64,000 nucleotides of DNA from Dictyostelium discoideum (Eukaryota). Position numbers and translations under genes: made by a program. Where the stretch lies: positions 1,824,001 to 1,888,000 of the forward strand of contig CM000150.2 in the NCBI GenBank assembly GCA_000004695.1, written 5' to 3'. Below the pieces are notes generated by a model. The model worked only from the letters and a program-made list of their open reading frames with translations, was not told the origin of the DNA and searched no databases. Shown here piece after piece: positions 1 to 22,611 of the stretch. Numbering within the stretch: the first letter of the stretch is position 1; every line of letters begins with the position of its first letter.

Positions 1-2
1 AA

Positions 3-212
3 GTTGAATTAGATCCACTCTTTTCAAGTTTAATTAAAACAAGTGAAAAAGTTTCAGAATGTGAAACAACTGAAAAATGGAAAATTCCTGTAATTGTAGT
101 TCTTTCAGTTGTTGGTGGTGTTTCTGTTGCAACTGCTGGCTTTTTCGTTACAAAACATAAATTAGCTTCTAAAAAAGCTAAAGATTCAATCTCAATGTCA
201 ACAAGAAGTTAA
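3..212 (+). CDS. 3' end of an upstream gene. It encodes the C-terminal fragment of a single-pass membrane protein: the TM helix IPVIVVLSVVGGVSVATAGFFV followed by a short basic tail. The 5' end lies outside the window.
   Basis: Frame 3 is open from the window start to TAA at 210-212. The hydrophobic 22-aa segment and KHKLASKKAK tail were read directly. Confidence 0.4.
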   Translation, partial: VELDPLFSSLIKTSEKVSECETTEKWKIPVIVVLSVVGGVSVATAGFFVTKHKLASKKAKDSISMSTRS

Positions 213-332
213 ATTTAAATAAATATAATAATTAAATAATTAAAAATAAAAAAATAAAAATAAAAATAAAAAATAAGAATTATGATTGTGTTTTTTTTTT
301 TTTTATTTTTCTCTGAAGTTTAAAGTTTTTTT

Positions 333-2366
333 TTAATTATTTGTTTTAAATAATTTAACATATTTTGATGAAAATTTTGAATCAAATGACTGAAATAAAG
401 AAAGATTATCAATTGAAATTGTTAAATTTTTAAATGATTGTGGTAATATACCATCAATTGATAAATCTTGTCTAAAAGATGAATTATAAATATCTAAATA
501 TTTTAAATTTTTAGGAAGTATACCTGGTTTTATTATTTGATTAAAATTCCAACCCAGATTTAAAGATTCAATTGAAGAAGGGAAAACACCAATTTCAATG
601 GGTTTATTAAACCAATGAAATGTTAAAGATATTAATGAAGTTGGAAACATACCGATATCTAATGGTATATTATAACCACCTAAATCTAATAAAGTTAAAG
701 ATTCTGGTAATTCATTTTTTAAAATTCTTGAATTAAAATGATCACCAAATTTTAAAGTTTTCAAATGATTTAAATGATTGAAAACTCCAGGTGCAATTTG
801 TTGAGTAAAACTTTTTCCAAATATAATTGTAGTGATTGATTTAGAAAATGAGAACATATTTGAAAATAAAGGTCTATTAAAGTATTCACCAAAATCTATT
901 GAAATTAAATTCTCTTGTAATATATTATGATCAACTGAATCTTTAAATTTACCCAATGATAATATTCTTGTTGATTTTGGTAAAGAATTTGGACCAATAC
1001 TACTTGAAAATGATTTACCAAATGATAAATTTGTAATATTTTGAGGAATATCACCAACTCTAATTGGTTGATTAAAATCATCATCCAATACTAAAGTGGT
1101 TGTAGAAAATGGAATTTTCTTACAAGATAACGAATCTCTATTTGAATGTGAATTAAAATTATAAGCAAGTGTTGTTACACTTTCAGGTATAGAATCTAAC
1201 ATTATAACTCCTTTATAATCTGGATGAAGTAATAGTGAAACCAATGTATTGGGTAATTGACCTTTTTTAATATCCTTTTGAAATCCAATATCCAATTTCA
1301 ATAGTTTTAAATATTTTGGTATCCAAACACAACTTAACTCTTCATTAAAGAATGGACCACTAAATGAAAGAGATGTTATATTATCACCAAACATACCTTT
1401 ACTTATTCCACCTTCAAAATACCAAAATGAATACTTGTAACTGAAGGAGGTATCATTTTCTTATAGAATAAATCATATTCTTCATTAAGATATAATGATC
1501 TAATATTTGATTGTGGAAATTTTTCAAGTGGTTCATCATCTTCTTCATCATCATCATCATTATCTTTATTTGGTTCTTTTTGGTGATTTTTTTTCTTTTC
1601 AAATTTTCTCTCTTTTAATTGTAAATTATCTAAATAGTTTTTATATTTATATTGAAAAACCTCTTTCAATGATAAACAAATCTCTTTTCCCCAATGACTA
1701 TTATATAATCTAAGATGAAATAATATTTCATTTCTAATTACAATATTACCCCATACTTTTTGAAATAATGAATAATTATAATTTATTTCAATATTATTGG
1801 TATAATTATTATAATTTTTTTCTTCTTCTTCTTTTTCTTCTTCTTCAATTTCTTCTCTATTTTTTTTATTATTTTCAATTATTAAAGAAATTGATAAATT
1901 TAATTTATTTTCAATATTATTTTCATTATTAAAATTAATTTTATGATTATCTATTAATTTCAATTTATTGGTTTGATGATGTAATAATTTTTCATAATAA
2001 TCCTCTTTAATTGTTTCAATATAATTATTTAATTTTTGAAATAGTTTTTTATCTAATCCATATAAAACTTCTTTATTTCTATAATATGAATAAAAAAAAT
2101 AAAAAAAAAAATATGTAATGTTATTTTATTTTTTATTTTTTTAATATTAAAGGATTATTTAAAAATAAAAATAAAAATAAAAATAAAATAAATAAAAAAA
2201 CATACTCTTTTTCGTTTATATTATTGCAATAATTTATTAAACCATTTATTGAAATACATAATCCTCTGAGTGACAAAATTAAGATGCATTCTAATAATGA
2301 AGGTGTTATATCATTTTTTTTATTTGTTGGGATATTTATTAGATATTTATAAGTTATTTCATCCAT
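333..2366 (-). CDS. FNIP-repeat-containing protein. Exon 1 is about 2205..2366 (MDEITYKYL...NEKE). The intron is about 2079..2204, with a GTATGT donor and TATAG acceptor. Exon 2 is 333..2078. Exon 2 has a +/-1 frameshift near 1395-1412, so the gene is either a pseudogene or carries a sequence error.
   Basis: There are ~22-aa FNIP repeats (IPPSVTSIHFG..., ITSLSFSGPFFNEEL, LPNTLVSL..., LPESLTLLDLGGYN...). The N-terminal motif LFQKVWGNIVIRNEILFHL is typical of the Dictyostelium FNIP family. Two ORFs (1403..1963 and 333..1394) lie in different frames only 8 nt apart. Joining them with a 1-nt shift restores the 22-aa repeat spacing. Confidence 0.6.
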
Positions 2367-2543
2367 GAGAGATTTTTAAAAAAAAAAAAATGATTTTGGG
2401 TTGGCTAGAATAAAAAAAATAAAAAAATAAAAAAAAAAATTAAAATAAAAAAACGATCAAAAAAAAAAAAAATTTGGGATTTCTTATGAAAATTGGAATA
2501 ATTTAAATAAATATAACTGAAATTTGATATATATATTATCTAA

Positions 2544-2612
2544 TTTTAAAACATTAAGATATATATTGTTGAGAAAAATTTATTCAACAATATATATCTT
2601 AATGTTTTAAAA
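2544..2612. repeat. Perfect 29-bp inverted repeat with an 11-nt loop (TTTTAAAACATTAAGATATATATTGTTGA ... TCAACAATATATATCTTAATGTTTTAAAA).
   Basis: The left arm 2544-2572 and right arm 2584-2612 are exact reverse complements. It lies between the FNIP gene start and the 3' end of the small gene at 2960. Confidence 0.8.
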
Positions 2613-2959
2613 TAGATATTTTTGAAAATCCCATCATTCATTTAATTTTTTTTTTTTAAAGTGTCTAAAAAAATAAAAATATGATGTTAATTTAAAAAAA
2701 AAAAAGATTTAAGTGACTACCTCTATTTTATTTTAAAAAATTCCAGTAATCTTATTAAATGAATCAAAGTCAATTTTTTTTTTTTTTTTTTATATATTAA
2801 TTTTTTTTTTTTTTTGTTACTATTTTATTTTTTTTATTTTTTTTTTTATTATTATTATTATTTAAAATTCTCTCCAAACTTGTTTTATTGTTTATGATTT
2901 TACTAAATTTGGTTTGTAATATTTCATTTAAACTATTATTATTATCATCATTTATTTAT

Positions 2960-3377
2960 TTAAGCAGTGTATTCTGGAATGAAATCCTTGACGGTTTTAG
3001 TTTCAATTGGTTGAACATCCTGGGTAAAATTAAAAATTAAAAAAAAAAAAAAAAAGTTAGTTTATACCATTATAGTAGTCAATCAATAAATTATGTAATT
3101 AATTTACTTACTTTGTATGCTTTACCCATAGCTTCGAAAGCTTTTTCTCCTGCTTTTTTGAATGAGTTGGTGATTTCTACGATTTCATTTAATTGTTCTT
3201 GTTCAGCTAAATGAGATGAAATTATAATTATTAATATTAATAATTCTGAATCCATATTGAATTATTTATTATTATTATTATTGTTATTATTAACCTACTC
3301 TTTGGGGTGTATTTTAAGTTATATTTTTTGGCGATGTCAGCGTTTTTCTCGAGTAAATCTTTGATTTTTTGATCCAT
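2960..3377 (-). CDS. Small 3-exon gene encoding an ~77-aa protein: MDQKIKDLLEKNADIAKKYNLKYTPK / TEQEQLNEIVEITNSFKKAGEKAFEAMGKAYK / DVQPIETKTVKDFIPEYTA. Function unknown.
   Basis: ATG at 3375-3377. The donors are GTAGGT and GTAAGT (the latter at about 3106-3111). The acceptors are ...TTTAG and ...CCCAG. The reading frame is maintained across both introns and ends at TAA 2960-2962. The frame also stays open upstream of the ATG to a TATATAG acceptor-like site, so a further 5' exon is possible. Confidence 0.45.
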
Positions 3378-3641
3378 GTTGCTCTTTGGTAATGAGGAAA
3401 GAATCTTTTTGGCTGATTCGATTGATTGGGTGGTGAAGAGACGTTTCTATATATTTTATTGTTATTATTATTGTTATTGTTATTATTATTATTGATGGTG
3501 TTGTTAATATAAAAATTTGATATCCATAATAAAAAAATGAAAAAAAAAAAAAAAAGTGATAATTTTGGGATGTGCTATTTTATAACTATCATTATTTATT
3601 GTTATTTATCACTATTATTGTTATTTTATATTTATTTTCAT

Positions 3642-3683
<42 letters not shown>

Positions 3684-4124
3684 TCACACACAAAAATTCC
3701 TTCCAATTTGATCAAGTGAAAATGAAACTAAAAGTAAAAATAAAAATAAAAATAATAGCAATATAGCAATTCCTTCTATAAACCAATATACGTTCTAATC
3801 ACTACATGTCTTTTTTCTTGTCTCTTTTAAAAATACTTACGGCTACCATAGACATTGTGTGTAATATTATATTGAGTGAATTAAAATTGAAATGACAAAA
3901 ATTTGAAAAAAATTGAAAAAAAAAAAAAATAAAAAAAAAATAAAAAAAAAAAAAAAAAAATTAAAAAATAAAAAAAATAAAAAAAAATTAAAAAAAAAAA
4001 TTATGGAAAAAAAAAGTATTGTTGATAAAAAAAAACAGAATTTCCAAATAAATAAAAAACAAAACAATAATAAAACCAAATCAAATTATTGATTTATTTA
4101 AAATCAAATCAAATTCCAGAAATA

Positions 4125-4158
<34 letters not shown>

Positions 4159-4315
4159 AAAATATTTTTATTTTATTATTTTTTTTTTTGTGTAAAGTTT
4201 TTTTTTTTTTTTTATTTTGTTGTTGGACTAAAAATCCAACAAATAAATAAAATAAAAATAATAATAAAAAAAAAAGAAAAAAGGAAAAATAAAAAAAAAA
4301 AAAAAAAAGATCAAT

Positions 4316-7793
<3,478 letters not shown>

Positions 7794-8659
7794 TTTATAT
7801 ATATTTGTTTATATTTGAATTATAGAAATATATATATATGAGGTTTTTATTTGATTTTTAACTTTAAATATATACATAAAGTATATATATATATTAAAAT
7901 ATATAACACTAAATTTGTGCTATTTAATTTGTTTATAGTGATTTTTTTTTTTTTTTTTTTTTTTTGTTCTTTATTAAAGAGTTATAGTTTTTTTTTTTTT
8001 TTTTTTTTAATATATAGAGTGTTCTATTTTTACAAACTGCTTCTATAATTTGGGTGGGTTAAATTGTGATGAATTCAAATAATAAAAAAAATAAAAAAAA
8101 AGTTTTTTTTTAATTTTTTTTTTTAATTGTGTGTTTTTGTTAATTTGTTTGAATTTGTGATAACTGTTTTTGTTTTTGTTTTTTTTTTTTTTTTTTTTAT
8201 TAAAAAAAAAAAAAAGTTTCTTGAATTAATAAGGGTTTTATGAATTTATATATTGAAAATTAAATTAAAATTAAAATAATTGGTGTGTGATATGTAAGTG
8301 AGTGAATTTTTTATTTTTTTTATTTTACCTTATATTTAATATAATTAATAAACAAATAAATTGTGTTCTTTTTGTTTTAAAAAAAAAAAAAAATTTATAA
8401 ATAATAAAATGAATAACTATACATATAAAAAATAAATAAATAAAAATAATAAATAATAAATAATTAAATTATTAAAAAGAAAAATAAAATAAAATAAAAA
8501 AAAAAAATAAAAAAAAAAAAACTATAAAAATAGAATAAAAAGGAGGGGGCAATGAATATTAGGGTAAGATTAAAAAGTTAATAATAGAAATTATAATTTT
8601 TATTATTAAAAAAAAAAAAAAAAAAAAAAAAAACATTTTGTGGATTAATAAAGTGCTGA

Positions 8660-8713
<54 letters not shown>

Positions 8714-9749
8714 AAAAAAAAAATATTTTTTTATTTTTTTATTTTTTTTTTTTTTTATTTTTTTTATTATTGTTGTTATTGCATGTGATAAAATTAAGAT
8801 ATTGCCACTCACAAAAGCAATTTTTTTGGTGGGAGTGGTGAATTGAGATTGAAACAATTGTTTCCAAAAAAAAAAATTTTAAAAAATTTTAAAAAAAAAA
8901 AAAAAAACAATTGTTTTTTGAAAAAAAAATCTCAATCACAAGTATGAGATTGTTGTATTTTTTTTATTTTTATTTTATTAACATATATACCCCCTCCCTC
9001 AATAAGTTTTTTAAAAAAAAAAAATAAAAAAATAAAATAAAAAAAAAAAAAAAATAAAAATTATAAAGTGTGTTGCAAATATTTTGAAAAGGTCACCCTT
9101 GATTACATAAAGAGAAAAAAAAAAATAAAAAAAAAAATAAAAAAAAAAAATATGTTGCTATAAATAGATACAATTGAGCTTACATTTTTTTTTGTTGAAA
9201 TTTATTTTAATTATGTATTATATATGTTTGTATTTTACAACGATGTTATGATATTTATTTTTAATAATTTATTTTATCTTATTATTATTATTATTACTAT
9301 TATTATTATTTTTTTTTTTTATTTTTTTTTATAAAATAAAAAATTGGTGATGGGTAAAAAAAAATATATATTTATATGTATATATATATATTTTCAATAT
9401 CACAATTGCATAGGAGAAATAAATTAAAAAAAAAAATAAAATAAAATGAAATAAAAAAAAAAAAAAAAAGAATTAGAATAACCGGTTTCGTTTATTTTTT
9501 TATTTTTATTTTTTTTTTTTTTTTTTTTTTTTCCAATTTTTTTATTTTAATTTTTTTTTTTTTTTTTTTTTTTGTGGTTTTTTTTTTTATTTAGTATTTT
9601 CACATCAAAAAATTTGTAATATGGTCGAGATTAATCATATAAAATATGAAATGGTTGTGATTTAGTTCTACATGAATTATTTTTAGTATCACCAATTTTT
9701 TTTTTTAATTTATACAAAAAGGTTTCAATGATGGATAATCTAAAAATAA

Positions 9750-9782
<33 letters not shown>

Positions 9783-10439
9783 CAAAAAAATTTTACCCAC
9801 ACAACACTGAAATAAATATCTTTGTATCTAACCAATTTATGAAAACCACCATTTTTTTTTTTGAAAAAAAAAAAAAAAAAAAATTAAAATTAAAAAAAAA
9901 AAAAAAATAATTAAAAAAAAAAAAAAAAAAAATTAAATAAAAAAAAAAAATAATGATGATGGTTTTCATAAATTGGCAAGATATAATCTTGTGCTTTTAA
10001 AAATAGAGCATATTATTCAACAGAGTATATATTAAATTACTTTTTTTTATTTTTTACTTTCCTTAATTTAACTGATGGGCAATTTCGATTAATCAAGAAT
10101 ATCCCAAAAAAAAAAGCCCATCATTACTATTAAATAAAAAAAAAAAAAAAGCCCATTATTACTATTAAATAAAAAACCTCTTTTCCTTTTTTTCTTTCTT
10201 TTTTTTTTTTTTTATAAATAAATAATTTTTTTTTTTTTGTTCCAATTTATTAAGATTTGATAAATATAGAAAGATTATACTTTTAGAAATCGCTTTGTTA
10301 TATTTTCTTTTTTTCTTTTTTCTTTTTTTCTTTTTTTTTTTTTTTTTGTTATTTTTTTTTTTTTGTAATTCTTTTTTTTTTTTTGAAATTCTTTTTTTTT
10401 TTTTAAATAATTAAAGAAAATAATTATAAGATTATATGA

Positions 10440-10490
<51 letters not shown>

Positions 10491-10587
10491 GAAAACTGGA
10501 AAACCAATTGATGTTGACTTTTTTTTTTTTTTTTCTAAATGGATGTTGGGTGTGTGTATTTTGGAAAATTTGATTTAAAATTCGGTT

Positions 10588-14131
<3,544 letters not shown>

Positions 14132-15270
14132 TTTTTTATTTTTTTATTTTTTTTATTTTTTTTTAATATATTTATATATATATATTTTATTGCTTTATTA
14201 TTTCAGCTATTGTTTGTTGCCTTTGGCTTACTAATAAAATTTATTAATACTATTTTGAAAAAAAAAAAAATAAAAAAAAAAATAAAAAATATGGAATAAT
14301 TTTTAGGGGTTTTGGGAGTGGGTGTGATTATTATTTTTATTTGAAAAATAAAAATTTTTTTTTTTGAAAATATTCTTGAAATTATGTTATCTATAAATTT
14401 TAAAATAAAATAAATATTAATATAAATAAATATAAATATAGTTTAAAATATTATTTTTCATGTTTATTTTTATTATTTTATTTATTTGTATCTTTTTTTT
14501 TTTTTTTGAATAAATAAAAATTAAAAAAAATTAATTAAAGTGAATAAAAAAAAAAAAAAAATATTAATTGAATAAAAAAAAAACCAATGAAATTTATTTT
14601 ATTTTTGTTTAATTTTATTTGAATATTTTATTTTATTTTTGGACATTGAGATGAGAAAAAAAAATGTCATACAATTCTAAGAATAATTATTATTATTTAT
14701 TTTTTTATTATTATTATTTATTATTATTTATTTATTTATTTTTCTTTTAATTTTTATTTTATTTTATCTTTTTGGAAAATGGAAAAAAAAAAGGAAAAGA
14801 GAATTAAAATTAAAAAAAAATAATAATAAAAAAAAAAAAAAAAAAAAGAATAAAAAAAAAAAAATTAAAAAAAAATAAAAAAAAAAATAAAAAAAAAAAA
14901 ATAAAAAAAAAAAAAAACAATAATTGAGAAGTCTATACTTAGTGATGGTGGGTTTAATTTCATTATTTAACACCACATAAAAAAAAAAGGAAAAGAACAA
15001 AGAAAAAAAAAAAAAAAAAACAACACACATTCGCACCCTTTTTTTAATATTATTATAATTTAAATTCGGATAATTCAATTGTTGTAGCGTATTATTTAAT
15101 TGGTGAATTGTTAAGTTTTTTTAAAATTTTATTATAAAATTGGATTTGTTTGGTAAATTAATTTAAATTAGTGTTTAATAAATAATTATTAATCTTTAAA
15201 AAAAAAAAAAAAAAATTAAAGTGATGTGATTCCACACTGTAAACAAACACAAAACTTAATTGTTTCAATT

Positions 15271-15323
<53 letters not shown>

Positions 15324-15720
15324 TTTTTTTTTTTTTTTTTTTTTTTTATTTTATTTTTTTTTTTTTTTTTAGTTTAAACCACCAATATTTTATGTGAAAA
15401 TTTTTTATTTTGAAATTCTGGATTTTTTTTTTTTTTTTCTTTGAAAATAAAAAAAAGGATTAAATGTAATATAAATGCAAATAATGCATTAACCAACACT
15501 ATTAATAAAATTTATTTCTTTTTTAACTATTATTGATCATTATTATAATTACGATATCTTTAATTTTAATTATTATAATATATACAAATTTTTAATTGAT
15601 GAAAATGTTTAATTTTTTTTTTTATTTTATTTTGCAAATTTTCTGTTATGGATATGGGAATTAAATTTAAATTGGTATTGGATACTAAAAAAAAAAAAAA
15701 AAAAAAAAAAAACAAAAGAA

Positions 15721-15751
<31 letters not shown>

Positions 15752-15975
15752 TATTGAGAGACATAAAAAAAAATATTTTATATACATATGTATATATTTG
15801 TAATAAAATAAAATTAAATAATGTGAATCCAAACAATGAAAATTTAAACTTTTTTTTTTTTTAACAAAATTTTTTGATCCAAAAAAAAGTGTGGCTTTTA
15901 CAAAAAAAAAAAAAAAAAAAAAAGTGATAAAAAAAAAAAAACAAAAAAAGTAATATGCAATTATTTTATTTTTCC

Positions 15976-16007
<32 letters not shown>

Positions 16008-17054
16008 ATTATAATTATTATTTTTATTTTTATTTTTACTATTATTATTTATTATTATCTTTTATTTGTATTAGAAATTTTTTCTTTACTTTTTTTTTTC
16101 TTACATAAATTACTTTTTTTTTCTTACAAAAATGTTTTCGTTTGAAATTTTTTTCAATTAAAAATTATAAAAAAATAAAAAAAAAAAATAATAAAAAAAA
16201 AAAAAATAAAAAAAAAAATAAAAAAAAAAATGAAAAAAAAAAAAATAAAATAAAATAAAATAAAATGTAATTTTTGACCAATTTTTCAAATAAAGAGTTT
16301 GGCAAACATGTTTTTCGTGATTTTATGTCTCGTGGGGCGCTCTGGTTGAAAAGGCAAAAAATTTAAAATTTTTTTTTATAATCCGATGATTAAAAGAATT
16401 CTGGAATGAAATCTCATTTTATTTTTATTAACACCACACAACCAAATTCAATTAAATATTTAAAATAAAAAATAAAAAAAATTAAAAAAGTAAAAAAATA
16501 TTAAAAAATCAAAAATAAAATCGATTTCTTATTTTTTAATTATTATTTTTTTTATTTTATTTTTTTTTTTTAAAAAAAAATTGGAAAATTGGAATGGTGA
16601 ATTGTTTTTTTTTTTTTATTCCCCAGATAGTAAAAGAATTCTATAATGGTAAAAAAAAGTACAAGAATTTAAAGACATTTGAATAAATTGAAATGAATGT
16701 CGGAAAATAAAATTTTATTTTAATGATTATTTCCTATAATATTCCAATGAAGGAAGATTTATTTATTTTATTATTTAAACATTTTCCCAATATTGGGAAA
16801 ATTGATCCCAGAAACTAATTATTTTTAAAATTTCTTTTGTCCATAATTGTTTATTGTTTATTTTTATTGTTTTTTTATTTTATTTTTTTATTTTTTTTTT
16901 TTTTTAAAATCAAAAGTTTTTTTTTTTTTTTTATTATTTTTCTTTTATTAAATTAAAAATTAAAATTTTAAAAAAAAAATGATAAAAAAAATAAAAAACG
17001 GTGTATTTTTTATTTTTTTTTTTTGGATAACTTAATTGCAATCATCAACTACCC

Positions 17055-17101
<47 letters not shown>

Positions 17102-17250
17102 TTTTTTTTTTAAAAATTTTAAAAAATAAAAAAACAATTTTTTTTTTTTTTTTTTTAAATTTTTTTTTATATAAATAAATAAATTTTATTTTTAGCAGCA
17201 GTGCACTGAAAAAAAAGTCTTTTTAACAAACAAATAAAAAAACATTAAAA

Positions 17251-17283
<33 letters not shown>

Positions 17284-17479
17284 AAAATAATAACAACATA
17301 AAAAAACAAAACAAAACAAAAAAAAAAAAAAACATAAAACAAAACAAAAAAAAAAAAAATAAAAATAAAAATAAAAATAAATAAACAAATAAAATAAAAT
17401 AAAAATAAAATAAAATAAATAAAGATTAGATAAAAAAAAAAAAACAAAAAAAAAAAACACACACACAATTTACTAGTAA

Positions 17480-20500
<3,021 letters not shown>

Positions 20501-20689
20501 ATAAAATTTTTAATATTTAAAAAAAAAGATGATAAATAAAATCATCTATTGCCATTAATTTTTTTTTAAATTCCAAACAAAATTCCTTTTATTTTTTATT
20601 TTTTTTTATTTTTTTTTATTTTTTTTTTTTTTTTAATTTTTCATTTTTTTTTTTATTTTAAAATTTATTTTTAAAAACAAACAACAACA

Positions 20690-21108
20690 ATGAGTTTATG
20701 TAATTTAGCAAAAATTAGAAGTGTTGCAATTAAAGCAGTTGAAAAGGCTTGTATTGCATGTTTAGATATACAAAAGCAATTAATTTCAGAAGATACAATT
20801 AATAAAAAAGATCAATCACCAGTAACAGTTGGTGATTATACAGTTCAAGCATTAGTTATCAATGAATTACTTAAAGGATTAGATGAAGAATACCCAATCA
20901 TTGCAGAAGAGGATTCAAAAACTTTATCATCACAAAAAGATGTAGAATCAAAAGTATTATCATTTTTCAATCGTTATTCAAATGAAAGTTTTGTAGAATC
21001 TCAATTAAGTTCTTTATTAGATAAAGGTAATAAAAAAAAGGATTTAAATTCCTCAAATAGATGGTGGACTTTAGATCCAATTGATGGTACTTTGGGGTAA
21101 ATATTTAA

Positions 21109-21194
<86 letters not shown>

Positions 21195-21832
21195 ATTACT
21201 AATAAAATCAATTTTTATTTTATTATTAATATAAAAATAGATTTTTAAGAAAAGATCAATATGCAGTTGCTTTAGCATTAATGGAAGATAATAAACCAAT
21301 TCTAGGTATTTTAGGTTGTCCAAATTTACCAGTATCAAAGGGATCAACTGAAAAAGGTTGTATTTTTGTTGGTTTAAAAAATAAGGGTTCATTTATGATT
21401 AAATTATCAAATTTAGATCAAGAGGAACCAATTAAGGTTTCAAATCAATCCGATCCAACCAAAGCAATTTTCACAGAAAGTTTTGTTTCAAGAGGATTTG
21501 GTCATGAATTAAATCAAAAGATTTCAAATTCAATGGGTGTAACAGCAGAACCTTTAAAAATTGACAGTCAATGTAAATATGCAATGGTTGCTCGTGGTGA
21601 TAGTGATTGTTATTTAAGATTAACTCAATTAGATTATAAAGAATGTATTTGGGATCATGCTGCTGGTCATATAATCGTAGAAGAAGCTGGTGGTATTGTA
21701 ACTGATTTCAAAAAACAACAATTAGATTACTCAAAAGGTTTCAAATTAGAAAATAATGTTGGAATTGTTTGTTCAAATAAATTATTAAATGATTCATTAT
21801 TTGATTCAATTAAAAAATCAATTCAATTTTAA
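20690..21832 (+). CDS. 3'(2'),5'-bisphosphate nucleotidase (PAP phosphatase, SAL1/HAL2/inositol-monophosphatase superfamily). The CDS is join(20690..21096, 21241..21832).
   Basis: The protein has WWTLDPIDGTLG|FLRKDQYAVALAL..., matching the yeast HAL2 WVLDPIDGTKGFLRGEQFAV motif. It also has IWDHAAGHIIVEEAGGIVTDF, the WD-AAG motif. Donor GG|GTAAAT and acceptor AAAAATAG| restore the codon GGA. Confidence 0.85.
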
Positions 21833-22063
21833 AATAAATAGATAAGATAAATAATTATATTTAAAAAAATGAAAAAATGAATAAATAAATAAATAAATTT
21901 ATTTTTAAACAAATAAATAATTTGTTTTTTTTTTTTTTTTTTTTTTCTTATTTATTAAAAAAAAAGTTTATACAAAAACCATTTAAAAAGACTTTTATTA
22001 ATTATTATATTATATAAATTATTTTTTAAAATTATTTTTGTTTTCTTTTCGTTTTTGTTATTA

Positions 22064-22118
<55 letters not shown>

Positions 22119-22132
22119 GGGTATTATTATTA

Positions 22133-22560
22133 TTATGTTTTAATAGTATACTCTGGTATGGTATCAGGATCCATAAGCTTGTTATCCTTTATGCAATCAA
22201 AGAACCATTCCAATGTAACTAATTTTTGAATTCTGTCACTAAGTTCGTGTTGTGGTCTTATCAAACACAAACAATAGTGAGCTCCTTCTCGTCCTCTCAT
22301 TTCTTTATAGTTTTTAAATGAACCACCAGCACTTTCAATATCTGCTTTGGTATCTTTCCAAAAATCAACAGCTTTAATTGAGTGACCTATAGTATCGTTA
22401 ATGAATTGATTATTTTCAAGTTCTTCTATATCTTTCAATGAAAGATCTTCAAAACTTGGGAATATTGAAAAATTCTTTTTTGTAAAAATCTTGGAAAAAC
22501 TCATTGGTAACTATTTTTTTAAAAATAAAAAAAGAATATATGTTAGTAAAAGGAAGAAAG

Positions 22561-22611
<51 letters not shown>

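Noticed and set aside
8855-8925. Two AACAATTGTT palindromes with flanking GAGATT/AATCTC
   Set aside because: The palindromes are short and embedded in poly(A). They are likely chance or simple low-complexity symmetry.
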